A stretch of DNA of 32,000 bases from Synechococcus elongatus PCC 6301 (GTDB lineage Bacteria > Cyanobacteriota > Cyanobacteriia > Synechococcales > Synechococcaceae), in assembly GCF_000010065.1 (NCBI RefSeq), contig NC_006576.1:2640001-2672000 (forward strand). Direction: 5' to 3'. Shown here one piece after another: positions 18,591-28,200 of this stretch. Positions within the stretch are counted from its first letter, which is position 1, and each line of letters begins with the position of its first letter. Below the pieces are notes generated by a model that ran no database searches, was not told where the DNA came from, and saw only the letters and a program-made list of their open reading frames with translations. The position numbers and the translations under genes were made by a program.

Positions 18591-18672
18591 CGACTTCACA
18601 TTTGCTACATGAAGTGGCACGGCAATAGTCATCGGGATTGACCGGAATTCCAGCGTTCAGGTTGTGAAGTCG
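18591..18672. repeat. Perfect 10-bp inverted repeat CGACTTCACA ... TGTGAAGTCG, with a third related element in between
   Basis: Arm A is 18591-18600 and arm C is 18663-18672, its exact reverse complement. Element B (18608-17, CATGAAGTGG) shares TGAAGT and can pair with ACTTCA of arm A. Confidence 0.9.
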
Positions 18673-18691
18673 ATACTGCTATTGAGGGGGG

Positions 18692-19129
18692 CTAACGAGG
18701 GCTTTCAGCATAGTGACGGAAGCGATCGAGATCGGCTTTGAGGGTGCCTTCAACAATGCGCCCCAAGAATAGCTTGTCCATCAATGGGCCAAGGCCGCCC
18801 GGAATCGCGTAGGAAATGCTCAGCCGCACGATGCTGTGATCTTGGCGATCGTAGAAACGAATGGCACCCCGATTGGGCAGACCATCCACTGACTCCCACT
18901 GGATTAACTGCTGCGGTACCAGCCGCGTAATCCGTGACAGCCAGCTAAACTCAAATCCCTGAGAAGCGAGCTTCCATCGCGACAGCTCGGGATCGTCTTT
19001 CTGGACTTGCACCGAGTCGATCCACTTCATCCAGCGGGGCATTTGCTCCAGATCCGACCACAGTTCCCAAGCACGCGCCACGGGAACAGCGACTTCGACC
19101 TGTACGCTATGTTCGAGCCAATCGCTCAT
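18692..19129 (-). CDS. SRPBCC (cyclase/dehydrase, START-like) family protein
   Basis: 145 aa. The N-terminus VEVAVPVARAWELWSDLEQMPRWMKWI is typical of the polyketide-cyclase/SRPBCC fold. It lies 39 nt downstream of the carotene desaturase gene on the same strand. Confidence 0.75.
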   Translation of the reverse strand: MSDWLEHSVQVEVAVPVARAWELWSDLEQMPRWMKWIDSVQVQKDDPELSRWKLASQGFEFSWLSRITRLVPQQLIQWESVDGLPNRGAIRFYDRQDHSIVRLSISYAIPGGLGPLMDKLFLGRIVEGTLKADLDRFRHYAESPR

Positions 19130-19168
19130 CCAAGATCCTCGAGACTGGGTTCGATCGCTGCCCGCCGA

Positions 19169-20614
19169 TTACGCAGCGATCGCCTGAGCTTCTAACATTG
19201 CTTTGGCGGCCCGGCGTCCCGAAATCGTGGCTCCCTCCATGCTATCGATGTAGTCCTGCTGCGTGTAGCTGCCGGCCAGGAAGAAGTTAGCGATCGGGGT
19301 TTTTTGATCAGGGCGGAATGGATCCATGCCCGGTGCCTCCCGATAGAGCGATTGCGCCAACTTGACTACATTGGACCAAGTCATATTGAGATCGCGGCTG
19401 CTGGGGAAGAGCTCATGCACTTGCTTGAGCACATGCTGAGCGATGTCTTCGTTCTTCATGGCAATGAAGGGATCGCCGGGTGTTAGAACGCATTGCAAGA
19501 GGGATCCTTGGCCTTTGCGGTAGTAGTCCTTGGGACTACTCAGGGCGAGGTCAGTAAAGCAAGAGAAATCGGCGTCAGCGGTGTAGAGCAGGTTATCGAG
19601 GCCAGTCGCATGGTCGAGTTGGTGCCGTTTTTCGCGATCGACCAGCTCGGTCACCCAGCCATCGAAGCGCAGTTGCACCGTCGCGACCGGCACCGCATCC
19701 AGCTTGTAGATGTTGTCGAACTCCGACCACTTGCGCCAGGCCTCCGGCAGCAAACGCTGAATTCCCGGCACATCGCAGGCCGCCAGATACACATCTGCTT
19801 CCACCCGTTCCACGGCATCACCGTCAGCGATCTGTAGACCTGTGACCACGGTTTGACCGTTGGTTTCCGTATATTCAATCTCCCGCACCCGTCGCTGCAG
19901 GTGCAGCGTTGCCCCTCGCGCTTGGATGTAGTCCAGAATCGGCTTGTGCAAATATTCCGCCGGAGAGCCTGCCAACAGATTCAGTTTCGAGGCTTCAGTC
20001 TTTGCGGCGAACATCTGGAAGACCGTCAGCATGCAGCGCGCTGAAATGTTCTCGGTATCGATGAAGCCTAGGGCATAGGCGATCGGGTTCCACATCCGTT
20101 TGAGGCTGCCTTCGCTGCCGCCGTGACTGCGGAACCAATCGGCAAAGCTGATCCGATCAAGGGCACGGATGATTTTCATCGCCCCTTCGTAGTCAAGGAT
20201 GCCGCGCACGAGGGGGCTAGTGCCCAGTGCCAGTGCGCTTTGCAGCTTGTCCAGCCAGGTCAGTTGGCTGGTGGTGAAGAAGGCCTTGAGGCCATTGAAA
20301 GGAGCGCCGATCGGGAAGCGGAAATCCAGCTCACCGACTTCGCCGCCTTTGTTGATGAAGGTGTGGGTATGGGCTTTTGGCAGTAGATTCTCGAAGGCCC
20401 CCACTTTGCGCATCAGGGCGAAGAGGTTGGCGTAGTTGAAGAAGAAGACGTGCAGCCCCATTTCAATGTGGTTGCCATCAGCATCGATCCAGCTACCGAC
20501 TTTGCCACCGACAAAGGGACGAGAGTCGTAGATCGCAACTTGGTGTCCAGCATCCACGAGGTCAATGGCAGCGGCGAGACCGGCCAAACCAGCACCGACA
20601 ATGGCAACGCGCAT
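19169..20614 (-). CDS. crtQ: Zeta-carotene desaturase
   Basis: Trimmed to the ATG at 20614 ([16 protein letters not shown], an FAD dinucleotide fold). [27 protein letters not shown] is ZDS-like rather than PDS-like. The product is 481 aa. Confidence 0.87.
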   Translation of the reverse strand: MRVAIVGAGLAGLAAAIDLVDAGHQVAIYDSRPFVGGKVGSWIDADGNHIEMGLHVFFFNYANLFALMRKVGAFENLLPKAHTHTFINKGGEVGELDFRFPIGAPFNGLKAFFTTSQLTWLDKLQSALALGTSPLVRGILDYEGAMKIIRALDRISFADWFRSHGGSEGSLKRMWNPIAYALGFIDTENISARCMLTVFQMFAAKTEASKLNLLAGSPAEYLHKPILDYIQARGATLHLQRRVREIEYTETNGQTVVTGLQIADGDAVERVEADVYLAACDVPGIQRLLPEAWRKWSEFDNIYKLDAVPVATVQLRFDGWVTELVDREKRHQLDHATGLDNLLYTADADFSCFTDLALSSPKDYYRKGQGSLLQCVLTPGDPFIAMKNEDIAQHVLKQVHELFPSSRDLNMTWSNVVKLAQSLYREAPGMDPFRPDQKTPIANFFLAGSYTQQDYIDSMEGATISGRRAAKAMLEAQAIAA

Positions 20615-20756
20615 AGGACCCAGAAATGCAGAACTATCACAACGAATTGTAAAGGACTGCGATCGCCTCCCTCGCTTCAGCAATGCATCTCAATGGTCGA
20701 TCTCAGACCGATCCCCATTGCTCGGTATAGTTGAGAAAAATTTCTGAGGGCATCCC

Positions 20757-21965
20757 GTGAAAGCAGTGACACTGCTCGGTTCAACCGGCTCGATCGGGAC
20801 ACAAACCCTAGACATTCTTGAGCAGTATCCCGATCGCTTTCGCCTCGTAGGGCTGGCGGCTGGTCGTAATGTGGCGCTGTTGTCGGAGCAAATTCGGCGG
20901 CACCGACCAGAGATTGTGGCGATTCAAGATGCAGCTCAGCTGTCGGAACTGCAAGCGGCGATCGCAGACCTTGATAATCCGCCGCTCATCCTGACCGGTG
21001 AGGCAGGTGTCACGGAAGTGGCTCGCTACGGTGATGCCGAGATTGTTGTCACTGGCATTGTCGGTTGCGCTGGTCTGCTACCCACGATCGCCGCGATCGA
21101 AGCCGGCAAGGATATCGCCCTTGCCAACAAAGAAACCCTGATTGCAGCAGGCCCAGTGGTCCTGCCACTCCTGCAAAAGCACGGTGTCACCATTACGCCT
21201 GCCGACTCCGAGCACTCCGCGATCTTTCAGTGCATCCAAGGGCTTTCAACCCATGCTGATTTTCGGCCTGCTCAAGTCGTGGCAGGGCTGCGACGGATTC
21301 TCCTGACTGCCAGTGGCGGCGCTTTTCGGGACTGGCCGGTCGAACGGCTGTCGCAAGTAACTGTCGCAGATGCGCTCAAGCATCCCAACTGGTCGATGGG
21401 GCGCAAGATTACCGTCGACTCCGCCACCTTGATGAATAAAGGCCTCGAGGTGATCGAAGCCCACTATCTCTTCGGCTTGGATTACGACTACATCGACATC
21501 GTCATCCATCCCCAGAGCATCATCCACTCGCTGATTGAGCTAGAAGATACCTCCGTCTTGGCGCAATTGGGCTGGCCGGATATGCGACTGCCCTTGCTCT
21601 ACGCCCTCTCCTGGCCCGATCGCCTCTCTACTCAATGGTCGGCGCTCGATCTGGTCAAAGCGGGCAGCTTGGAGTTCCGGGAACCGGATCACGCCAAATA
21701 CCCCTGCATGGACTTGGCCTACGCCGCCGGTCGCAAAGGCGGCACAATGCCAGCCGTCTTGAATGCGGCGAATGAGCAAGCCGTCGCCCTCTTCCTAGAG
21801 GAGCAAATTCACTTCTCGGATATTCCGCGCCTGATTGAACGTGCCTGCGATCGCCACCAAACGGAGTGGCAACAGCAACCGAGCTTGGATGACATTTTGG
21901 CCTACGACGCTTGGGCACGGCAGTTTGTGCAAGCTAGCTATCAAAGTCTGGAATCCGTCGTTTAG
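20757..21965 (+). CDS. dxr: 1-deoxy-D-xylulose 5-phosphate reductoisomerase
   Basis: GTG start is preceded by GAGGG. The N-terminus is [20 protein letters not shown], and [14 protein letters not shown] and [10 protein letters not shown] motifs are present. Confidence 0.95.
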
Positions 21966-21974
21966 GGCAGCAGC

Positions 21975-22574
21975 GTGGTCTATCGCTATCTGCTGTTTCA
22001 CAAGCCCTACGATGTGCTCTGCCAGTTCAGTCCAAGCGATCGCCCCGATCAGCAGACCCTGAAGGACTACATCGATGTGCCTGAGGTCTATCCGGTCGGT
22101 CGCCTCGATCGCGATAGTGAGGGGTTGTTACTACTGACCAACAATGGGGCACTGCAGCATCGTCTTTGCCATCCGCGCTTTGGTCACGATCGCACCTATT
22201 GGGTGCAAGTCGAACGGGAACCGACCGAGGCAGCGCTGCAGGCTCTGCGTCAAGGAGTGCAAATTCAGGATTATCGAACCCGCCCCGCCAAAGTGCAGCG
22301 ATTGGACGACCCTCAGATTCCCGAGCGGGACCCCCCGATTCGCTTCCGCAAAACCGTCCCGACGGCATGGCTGGCCCTGACTCTACAGGAAGGACGCAAT
22401 CGCCAAGTACGGCGGATGACCGCTGCAGTGGGCCATCCAACGCTACGCTTGATACGAGCAGCGATCGCTACCCATCCGGATCAACCACCCCTTCAGTTGC
22501 AGGGGCTCGCCCCCGGAACCTGGCGAGACTTAACGGCGATCGAGTGCCGTCGACTCGAATCCCTTCTACGATAG
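21975..22574 (+). CDS. Pseudouridine synthase, RsuA/RluE family (no S4 domain)
   Basis: GTG start. 199 aa. Catalytic motif VGRLDRDSEGLLLLTNNG, plus GRNRQVRRM. Confidence 0.85.
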   Translation: MVYRYLLFHKPYDVLCQFSPSDRPDQQTLKDYIDVPEVYPVGRLDRDSEGLLLLTNNGALQHRLCHPRFGHDRTYWVQVEREPTEAALQALRQGVQIQDYRTRPAKVQRLDDPQIPERDPPIRFRKTVPTAWLALTLQEGRNRQVRRMTAAVGHPTLRLIRAAIATHPDQPPLQLQGLAPGTWRDLTAIECRRLESLLR

Positions 22575-22615
22575 GCCTAGTTCCAAGGCTCTTTGCAAGG
22601 ACAGTGACAGCAGGC

Positions 22616-23515
22616 ATGAGTGAGTCAATTCCTGAATCTGAGGCGTCTTTTGTAGCTTCCGCCGATGAGCGGACGGCCATGCTCTCGTTGTCCCTGGCTC
22701 AAATGGAGGTGGCAGCCACGACTGATGTCGGGATGCGGCGCAGCCAAAACGAGGATTTCTACGTCTATCACTATCAGCTTGAACACCTCGAAACACCCTC
22801 GGGCACTTCTGTTCAAGCCAAAGGGCTGTTTGTGCTCTGTGATGGCATGGGCGGTCATGCTCGCGGCGAAATCGCCAGCTTGGAAGCGGCGCGGGTATTT
22901 AAGCAGCAAATCGAAGCCCAGTGGACGACAGAGCTGCCCAGTCGCGAGGCGTTGCGATCAGCAGTACTCGCGGCTAATCAAGCCCTGTTTGAACTGAATC
23001 AGGCCGCGGCCGTTTCCGGCAGCGATCGCATGGGAACGACCTTGGTGGCGATTCTTCTGCAAGGCACCAGAGTGGCGATCATCCACGTCGGTGACAGTCG
23101 CGCCTATCGCTATTCGCGGCTGACGGGGCTTGATCAGCTGACGCGCGATCATGAAGTCGGTCAGTTGGCGATCGCTCAAGGCGTTGATCCAGACGTTGCC
23201 TACGCCCGACCGGAAGCCCACCAGCTCACCCAAGCGCTGGGCCCACGCAACAACGATTGGCTAGATCCGGAAGTGCGCTTTCTGGAAGTTCGGGAGGACA
23301 CGGTCTTTCTGCTCTGTTCCGATGGCCTGTCGGACTTTGACCTCGTTGAAGAAGTAACTGAAACGCACGTTGCCCCGCTGCTGCAGACCCGGACGAGCCT
23401 GCAGTATGGCATCCAGCAATTGGTCGAAATCGCGAATGAAGCGGGAGGCCACGACAACATTACGGTGGTGGCGGTGCGGCTGCGCTTGCGCCCGCAACTG
23501 GGACCAGTGATTTAA
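22616..23515 (+). CDS. PP2C-family serine/threonine protein phosphatase
   Basis: Trimmed to the ATG at 22616. The first 150 codons of the track ORF overlap the pseudouridine synthase gene out of frame. PP2C motifs TDVGMRRSQNEDF, LCDGMGGH, VGDSRAY, CSDGLSD and GGHDNITVV are present. Confidence 0.88.
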   Translation: MSESIPESEASFVASADERTAMLSLSLAQMEVAATTDVGMRRSQNEDFYVYHYQLEHLETPSGTSVQAKGLFVLCDGMGGHARGEIASLEAARVFKQQIEAQWTTELPSREALRSAVLAANQALFELNQAAAVSGSDRMGTTLVAILLQGTRVAIIHVGDSRAYRYSRLTGLDQLTRDHEVGQLAIAQGVDPDVAYARPEAHQLTQALGPRNNDWLDPEVRFLEVREDTVFLLCSDGLSDFDLVEEVTETHVAPLLQTRTSLQYGIQQLVEIANEAGGHDNITVVAVRLRLRPQLGPVI

Positions 23516-23548
23516 GACGAGCAGCGTTCTCGGCTAACACTCCAGCCA

Positions 23549-24196
23549 TCAGATCGCTGAGCGGCTCGGCCAATGTAGGATCTGCCAGCGCCAGAGCGAG
23601 GTGTTCCAGCGATCTCTGCCTGCGGTATCCCAATCTTCATGGGCGAGACTCAGGTCGATCGCCCCTAGGAGTGGCCAGTCCAGTCCCCAACTGCGATCGC
23701 AGCCCAGAAGGGCAGCCAAGAGATGCTGCAGGAAACCGCCGTGGCTAATCACCCAAAGATCGGCCTCGGTGTGGATCAGCTGAGTGCAGACCTGCTCGGC
23801 TCGCATTCGACAGTCCGACAAAGTCTCTGCCTCGGGAATCGGTCGCCAGTGGCGATCGCGCAGCAATTGCTGACAGAGATCGGGATAGCGTTGTTCAGCC
23901 TCGGGCCAGGTCAGTCCGGTCAGGCAGCCCAAGTCTATTTCAGTCAGTGCCGGCTGCACCAACAGGGGAATGACAGGCGTCTGACCCTGACTGAGCGCGA
24001 TCGCGGTTTGCTGAGCACGCTGGAGGGGGCTTGTCCAAATGGCTTGGGGGCGCCAGCAGCAGGTCTGTTGCCACTGTTTGCCGAGTTGCTCCGCTTGAGT
24101 CAGGCCGTCAGCCGTCAGCGGCTGATCTTGGCGGCCCAGCATCCGTGCCTCGGCATTCCCGATCGCCTCAGCGTGGCGAATCAGCCGTAGTCGCAT
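23549..24196 (-). CDS. Histidine phosphatase superfamily protein (phosphoglycerate mutase-like, branch 1)
   Basis: 215 aa. The N-terminal catalytic motif is LIRHAEAIGN (an RHG variant). The second catalytic His is in VISHGGFLQHL. The substrate cannot be inferred from the sequence. Confidence 0.8.
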   Translation of the reverse strand: MRLRLIRHAEAIGNAEARMLGRQDQPLTADGLTQAEQLGKQWQQTCCWRPQAIWTSPLQRAQQTAIALSQGQTPVIPLLVQPALTEIDLGCLTGLTWPEAEQRYPDLCQQLLRDRHWRPIPEAETLSDCRMRAEQVCTQLIHTEADLWVISHGGFLQHLLAALLGCDRSWGLDWPLLGAIDLSLAHEDWDTAGRDRWNTSLWRWQILHWPSRSAI

Positions 24197-25547
24197 CGTC
24201 GGAAGGCTCCACAGGTAAAAAGACGGTGATCACCTCACTGGCTTGGGGCGATCGCCGTCGCACCGTCAGTTTGCCGCCCAGGGCTTGGAACAGGTTTTTG
24301 CTGACTTCCAATTTAAGGCTGAGGCTGCCGGTCTCGGGCTGTACCGTCAGCAGTTGTCCTAGCGATCGCGGGGCCGTGCGCGGTTGTTCACTGGGGTCGC
24401 TCACCAGCTCTGTGGCCGTCAAGCGGAGTTTGAGTTGAGCGCCGGCTAAGCTCACTACAATTTCGATCCGGCTACCCGCTGGTAGGTTGCGGGTGAAACG
24501 CTCTACCAAACTGGTCAAGGCCTGATCGAGCATGGTGGGATCGCTGACCACGGCCGGCATCCGTTCCGGCAACTGCAAATCGAGGGCTAAACTGCGGCGC
24601 TCTGCCTGTTTGCGCCAGCGCGGTACGGTTTCGGCAAACACCTCCGTCAGCGAGGTTCGCGCCAGCAAGAGGGCTTGAGACTCGCGGTTTTCTAGCTCAA
24701 CAGCCCGGAAGAAGAGACCAAAGCGATCGATTTGCTCTGAGCATTCCAAGTCGATCGCCTCTAGGCGCTTGCGGGCTTGGGCTGGCAGATCGACTCGCCG
24801 CAGCAACGATCGCGTCAGGGTGCGGATCGTGGCGAGAGGGGTCTTCACCTCATGGGCGATCGCCTGCAAGAGTTCTAAATCGGCGCCGACGGTTGAACGG
24901 TCGGGGCGATCGCTGACCTCTTCGGTCGAGGGGCGATCGCTAGCGGCCACAGTCGGCCATTGTTGGAGGACTGCCGCCCAAAAAGGCGCCCAAGTTTCCG
25001 CCACATTAGCCAGAGGCCGGAAGCGATGCAGGGCCCGAGCGAGTTCAGGCTGGAGGGCAGGAAAGTGATGGGCAGTGTGCTGCGCCAGTAACCGCACTGC
25101 TTCTGCCAGAACTTCGGGGGTTTGGCTGAAATAACAGCTGGGCTGACTGGGATAGGGGACCAAGATGACTAGAAAACTGAGGCGATCGCTCAGCACTAAG
25201 CAAAAGGGTTCTTGCAGCAGTGGATCGCCCAAGCTTAAGGGCAAGACCCGAGGCAAGGGCAGAGCGGCGGTGGGCTGGGTATTCCCTTGGGGCAACCCCA
25301 AACTCCCCTGCAAGCCTTCGGGCACCCAGAGCCAATGGTCTAGTCGTGATAAGTCACTCAGGAACGGCAGGGGCGCCGTCAATACAACCCCCGTTTCAAC
25401 CTCTGCCAGTTGCGATCGCAAAGCTTGCAGCATCGCCCACCAGGTTGGTTCTGCGGCACTACCGGCGATCGCCTGCAATTCTGCTGGCAGCAGCTGACTC
25501 AGCCCAGGAATTGTCGTTTCAATCAGTGGCGAAGATGGCACGCCCAA
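24168..25547 (-). CDS. Histidine-kinase-like protein: intact H-box with a degenerate ATP-binding domain
   Basis: 459 aa. The H-box is AHEVKTPLATIRTL, with the His codon at 24852-24854. At the position of the N-box the sequence reads DQALTSLVERFTRN, lacking both conserved Asn residues. There is no DxGxG box. The G2-like segment is TGSLSLKL rather than GxGLGL. The start is uncertain (TTG at 25547). Confidence 0.75.
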   Translation of the reverse strand: MGVPSSPLIETTIPGLSQLLPAELQAIAGSAAEPTWWAMLQALRSQLAEVETGVVLTAPLPFLSDLSRLDHWLWVPEGLQGSLGLPQGNTQPTAALPLPRVLPLSLGDPLLQEPFCLVLSDRLSFLVILVPYPSQPSCYFSQTPEVLAEAVRLLAQHTAHHFPALQPELARALHRFRPLANVAETWAPFWAAVLQQWPTVAASDRPSTEEVSDRPDRSTVGADLELLQAIAHEVKTPLATIRTLTRSLLRRVDLPAQARKRLEAIDLECSEQIDRFGLFFRAVELENRESQALLLARTSLTEVFAETVPRWRKQAERRSLALDLQLPERMPAVVSDPTMLDQALTSLVERFTRNLPAGSRIEIVVSLAGAQLKLRLTATELVSDPSEQPRTAPRSLGQLLTVQPETGSLSLKLEVSKNLFQALGGKLTVRRRSPQASEVITVFLPVEPSDDATTADSPR

Positions 25548-25851
25548 GAAGTTACAAAGGTCCTTTGCCTAGGTCAAAAGGGGCGGTCAGCCCAGCCCTC
25601 CTTGAGCTTATCCCCTCTGTCATGCTGCCGCGATGATTCTACTGATTACGGTTGAAGTGATGGCTGGCGATCGCGAATCGATCTGGACTGCCGACTGTTC
25701 AAGGAGCATCAGGCACCGGAGCTACGGTCAAGCTGATCCGTCTGGAAAGACGCTCAACCCGAGAGAATAGGAAGGCTGTCGCGAAGACAGCTCGACTGGC
25801 AACTGGATTGGGTGCTCACCACCCGTCGCCCTGAGAGGTTGTAAGACCCGC

Positions 25852-28152
25852 TTGCTACGGCCCACTGCACAACAACAGGCTGTGATTGATCACGAGCAGG
25901 GACGCGCTGTTGTCGTGGCAGTGGCTGGTGCTGGCAAAACCACCACGATTGCGCGGCGGATTGGCCGCTTGGTGCATCAAGTGGAAGTACCGCCTGGGCG
26001 GATTCTGGCGACAACTTTTAACCGCTATGCCAGGGGGCAAATCCGCGAAAAGCTCAACCAGCTAGCGGTGCCTGTCGGTGTGGCGGTGCGGACTCTCCAC
26101 GCGCTGGCGCAACAAATCCTCAAGTTGGAAGCCGATCCTTGGCCTTTGGCCGCCGATGGGGAGATGCGACGGCTGTTCTACGACATGCAGTCGGCGATTC
26201 GCCAGGGACGGCTCGATCTGTCGCTGGATCTGAGCAGTCATGAGCAACGGCAAATTGCAGACCTGAATGAGGAGAGCTTCCTCAACTATCTAGGCTATCT
26301 CAAGGGCGATCTGCGCTTCAGTGCTTGGCAATTTGAACAGCTACCAACCCATCTGCAAACGGTTGCCACGCTGGAAGTGTGGCCCGAGTCGCAACGCTGG
26401 CTCAACGTTTGTGTTGACGCCTTTGAGCAATGCCGCCAAGAGGCACGGTTGCGTAGTTTTGATGATCTGTTAGTCGATGCCTGCCGTTTGCTCTGTGCAG
26501 ATATGGGGATTCGGGAGCGAGTGCGATCGCGCTTTGATTTCCTGATCGTTGATGAATATCAAGACATCAATCGCGCCCAGAACCTGATTATTTCGGTTCT
26601 GGATGAAGCCCAGCAAAACTTGATGGTGGTTGGGGATGATGACCAGACAATCTACGAATGGCGCGGTGCCCGTCCCCAGTTGATTTTGGATAAATTGCGC
26701 GATCGCCAGTGGGTGCAGTACACCCTCGATCGCAACTTTCGATCGCGCGCGCCCCAGCTCCTGCTGGCCAATGCCCTGATTCGCCACAATCGCCTGCGAT
26801 CGCCCAAGCAATTGCAGGGAACAAAGGCTTGGCAACATCATTGCGAGTGGCGATCGTTTCCCTCAGGTTCCGATCAAGCAGCGGCGATTGCCGAGCAAAT
26901 TCTCGAATACCGCGATCGCGGCAAGCCCTTGGCAGAAATGGTGATTTTGATTCGCACCTATGCCCAAACACCGCTGATAGAACAACAACTGATTGCAGCG
27001 CAACTGCCCTACGTCATCCCTGGCAGTCAGCCTTTTTATCTGCGGCGAGAAGTCAAACTGCTGCTAGCTTACTTGGAGTTTGCCGAAGCAGAGCGCAACC
27101 GTGTTCAGAATGGTCTGACGCCAGCAACCCGCGATCGCTACGACCAGTTATTCCGCGAAACATCAAGTCGTCCGAGCCGCTACCTGAAACGACCGGAGCT
27201 GCTCTCGATGCTCCAAGAAGCCTTGGACAATCCCCATTTGCCCTTGGCCACGATCATCAGTCAACGCTGTCGCGATCGCTTGGGCCGCAACCGATCGCTG
27301 CAACGCTGGTTGGATTACCTCGGCTGGGTCTTGGGGGCTCAACCCAGTTCTGCTGCTGCCGCGATCGCCAAAATTGAGCAGCTCATCGACCTGCGGCGCT
27401 GGATCATCGACAGCGATATCTCGCCGGAGAGCGGGGCCCAGAAAGCCTTGATTATCGACGCCTTACAAGCCTTCGCGGGCGATCGTGCGGTTCAGAGTTG
27501 GCTGCAGGAAATGGCAGCATTGCAAGAGCAGCCTCCCTTGTCCGACGAAGCCAGCGGCGTCAATCTGCTGACAGTGTTCAAAGCCAAGGGGCTGGAGTGG
27601 GACACCGTTTTCATCCCCGACTTAGATGCCGGTATTTATCCTTTTGGCTCTAGTCGCGAGAGTGAATCTGGCCCCGGGCGCAACAGCTTCGACCCGCTTT
27701 CAGAAGTCGCCCTCGATCGCAGCTTGCAGGAAGAAGAGCGCCGCATTTTGTACGTGGCTTTAACGCGCTCGATCAACAATCTGCACCTGTCTTCTGCCAC
27801 TAATCAGCGATCGCCTTTTTTGCAAGAAGCGCAAATCAGCAAGATCCAAACGCGCCTGCCACGATTGCGAGCCCTTGCGACTGGTCAACTCCAACAACTC
27901 AATGATCGCCAGCGCAATCAACTAATTCATATCGATCTCGCGTTCTGTGCCCAGCAACGTCTGCATGAAGTGTTGGTCACTAGCCTGCGCAAGCTGCCTC
28001 CCCCAGCGATCGCCCAGCACTGTCACACGGTTCAACAGTGGATTCAGGACGCCATCGAGAGCGATCGCCCACCGCTGAAGTCTGATTTAATCCAGCAGTT
28101 TTGGGCTGAGATCACGGCTGAACTCAGTGCAGAGTTGATTAGTTCGCATTGA
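25852..28152 (+). CDS. UvrD/Rep/PcrA-type superfamily 1 DNA helicase
   Basis: 766 aa. Q-motif QQQAV, Walker A AGAGKTT, motif II VDEYQD, motif III GDDDQTIYEWRGA, NFRS, KGLEWDTVFIP and motif VI YVALTRS are present. The TTG start at 25852 is needed to keep the Q-motif. Confidence 0.88.
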   Translation: MLRPTAQQQAVIDHEQGRAVVVAVAGAGKTTTIARRIGRLVHQVEVPPGRILATTFNRYARGQIREKLNQLAVPVGVAVRTLHALAQQILKLEADPWPLAADGEMRRLFYDMQSAIRQGRLDLSLDLSSHEQRQIADLNEESFLNYLGYLKGDLRFSAWQFEQLPTHLQTVATLEVWPESQRWLNVCVDAFEQCRQEARLRSFDDLLVDACRLLCADMGIRERVRSRFDFLIVDEYQDINRAQNLIISVLDEAQQNLMVVGDDDQTIYEWRGARPQLILDKLRDRQWVQYTLDRNFRSRAPQLLLANALIRHNRLRSPKQLQGTKAWQHHCEWRSFPSGSDQAAAIAEQILEYRDRGKPLAEMVILIRTYAQTPLIEQQLIAAQLPYVIPGSQPFYLRREVKLLLAYLEFAEAERNRVQNGLTPATRDRYDQLFRETSSRPSRYLKRPELLSMLQEALDNPHLPLATIISQRCRDRLGRNRSLQRWLDYLGWVLGAQPSSAAAAIAKIEQLIDLRRWIIDSDISPESGAQKALIIDALQAFAGDRAVQSWLQEMAALQEQPPLSDEASGVNLLTVFKAKGLEWDTVFIPDLDAGIYPFGSSRESESGPGRNSFDPLSEVALDRSLQEEERRILYVALTRSINNLHLSSATNQRSPFLQEAQISKIQTRLPRLRALATGQLQQLNDRQRNQLIHIDLAFCAQQRLHEVLVTSLRKLPPPAIAQHCHTVQQWIQDAIESDRPPLKSDLIQQFWAEITAELSAELISSH

Positions 28153-28200
28153 TTGGGAAGGCGCAGCGGAACCCAGCAGCTCCGCAAGCGATCGCCCGTT

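Noticed and set aside
22166-22615. 150-codon N-terminal extension of the PP2C ORF in the ORF track
   Set aside because: It overlaps the pseudouridine synthase gene out of frame and is low-complexity S/R/P-rich. PP2C homology only begins after the ATG at 22616.
26709-27377. 222-aa alternate-frame ORF inside the helicase gene
   Set aside because: It is on the same strand as the helicase gene but out of frame. It is R/S/P/A-rich, and the helicase frame carries all the conserved motifs.
28166-28185. Hairpin GCGGA-N10-TCCGC between the convergent helicase gene and hisD
   Set aside because: It has only 5 bp and no U-tract, so it is not callable as a terminator.
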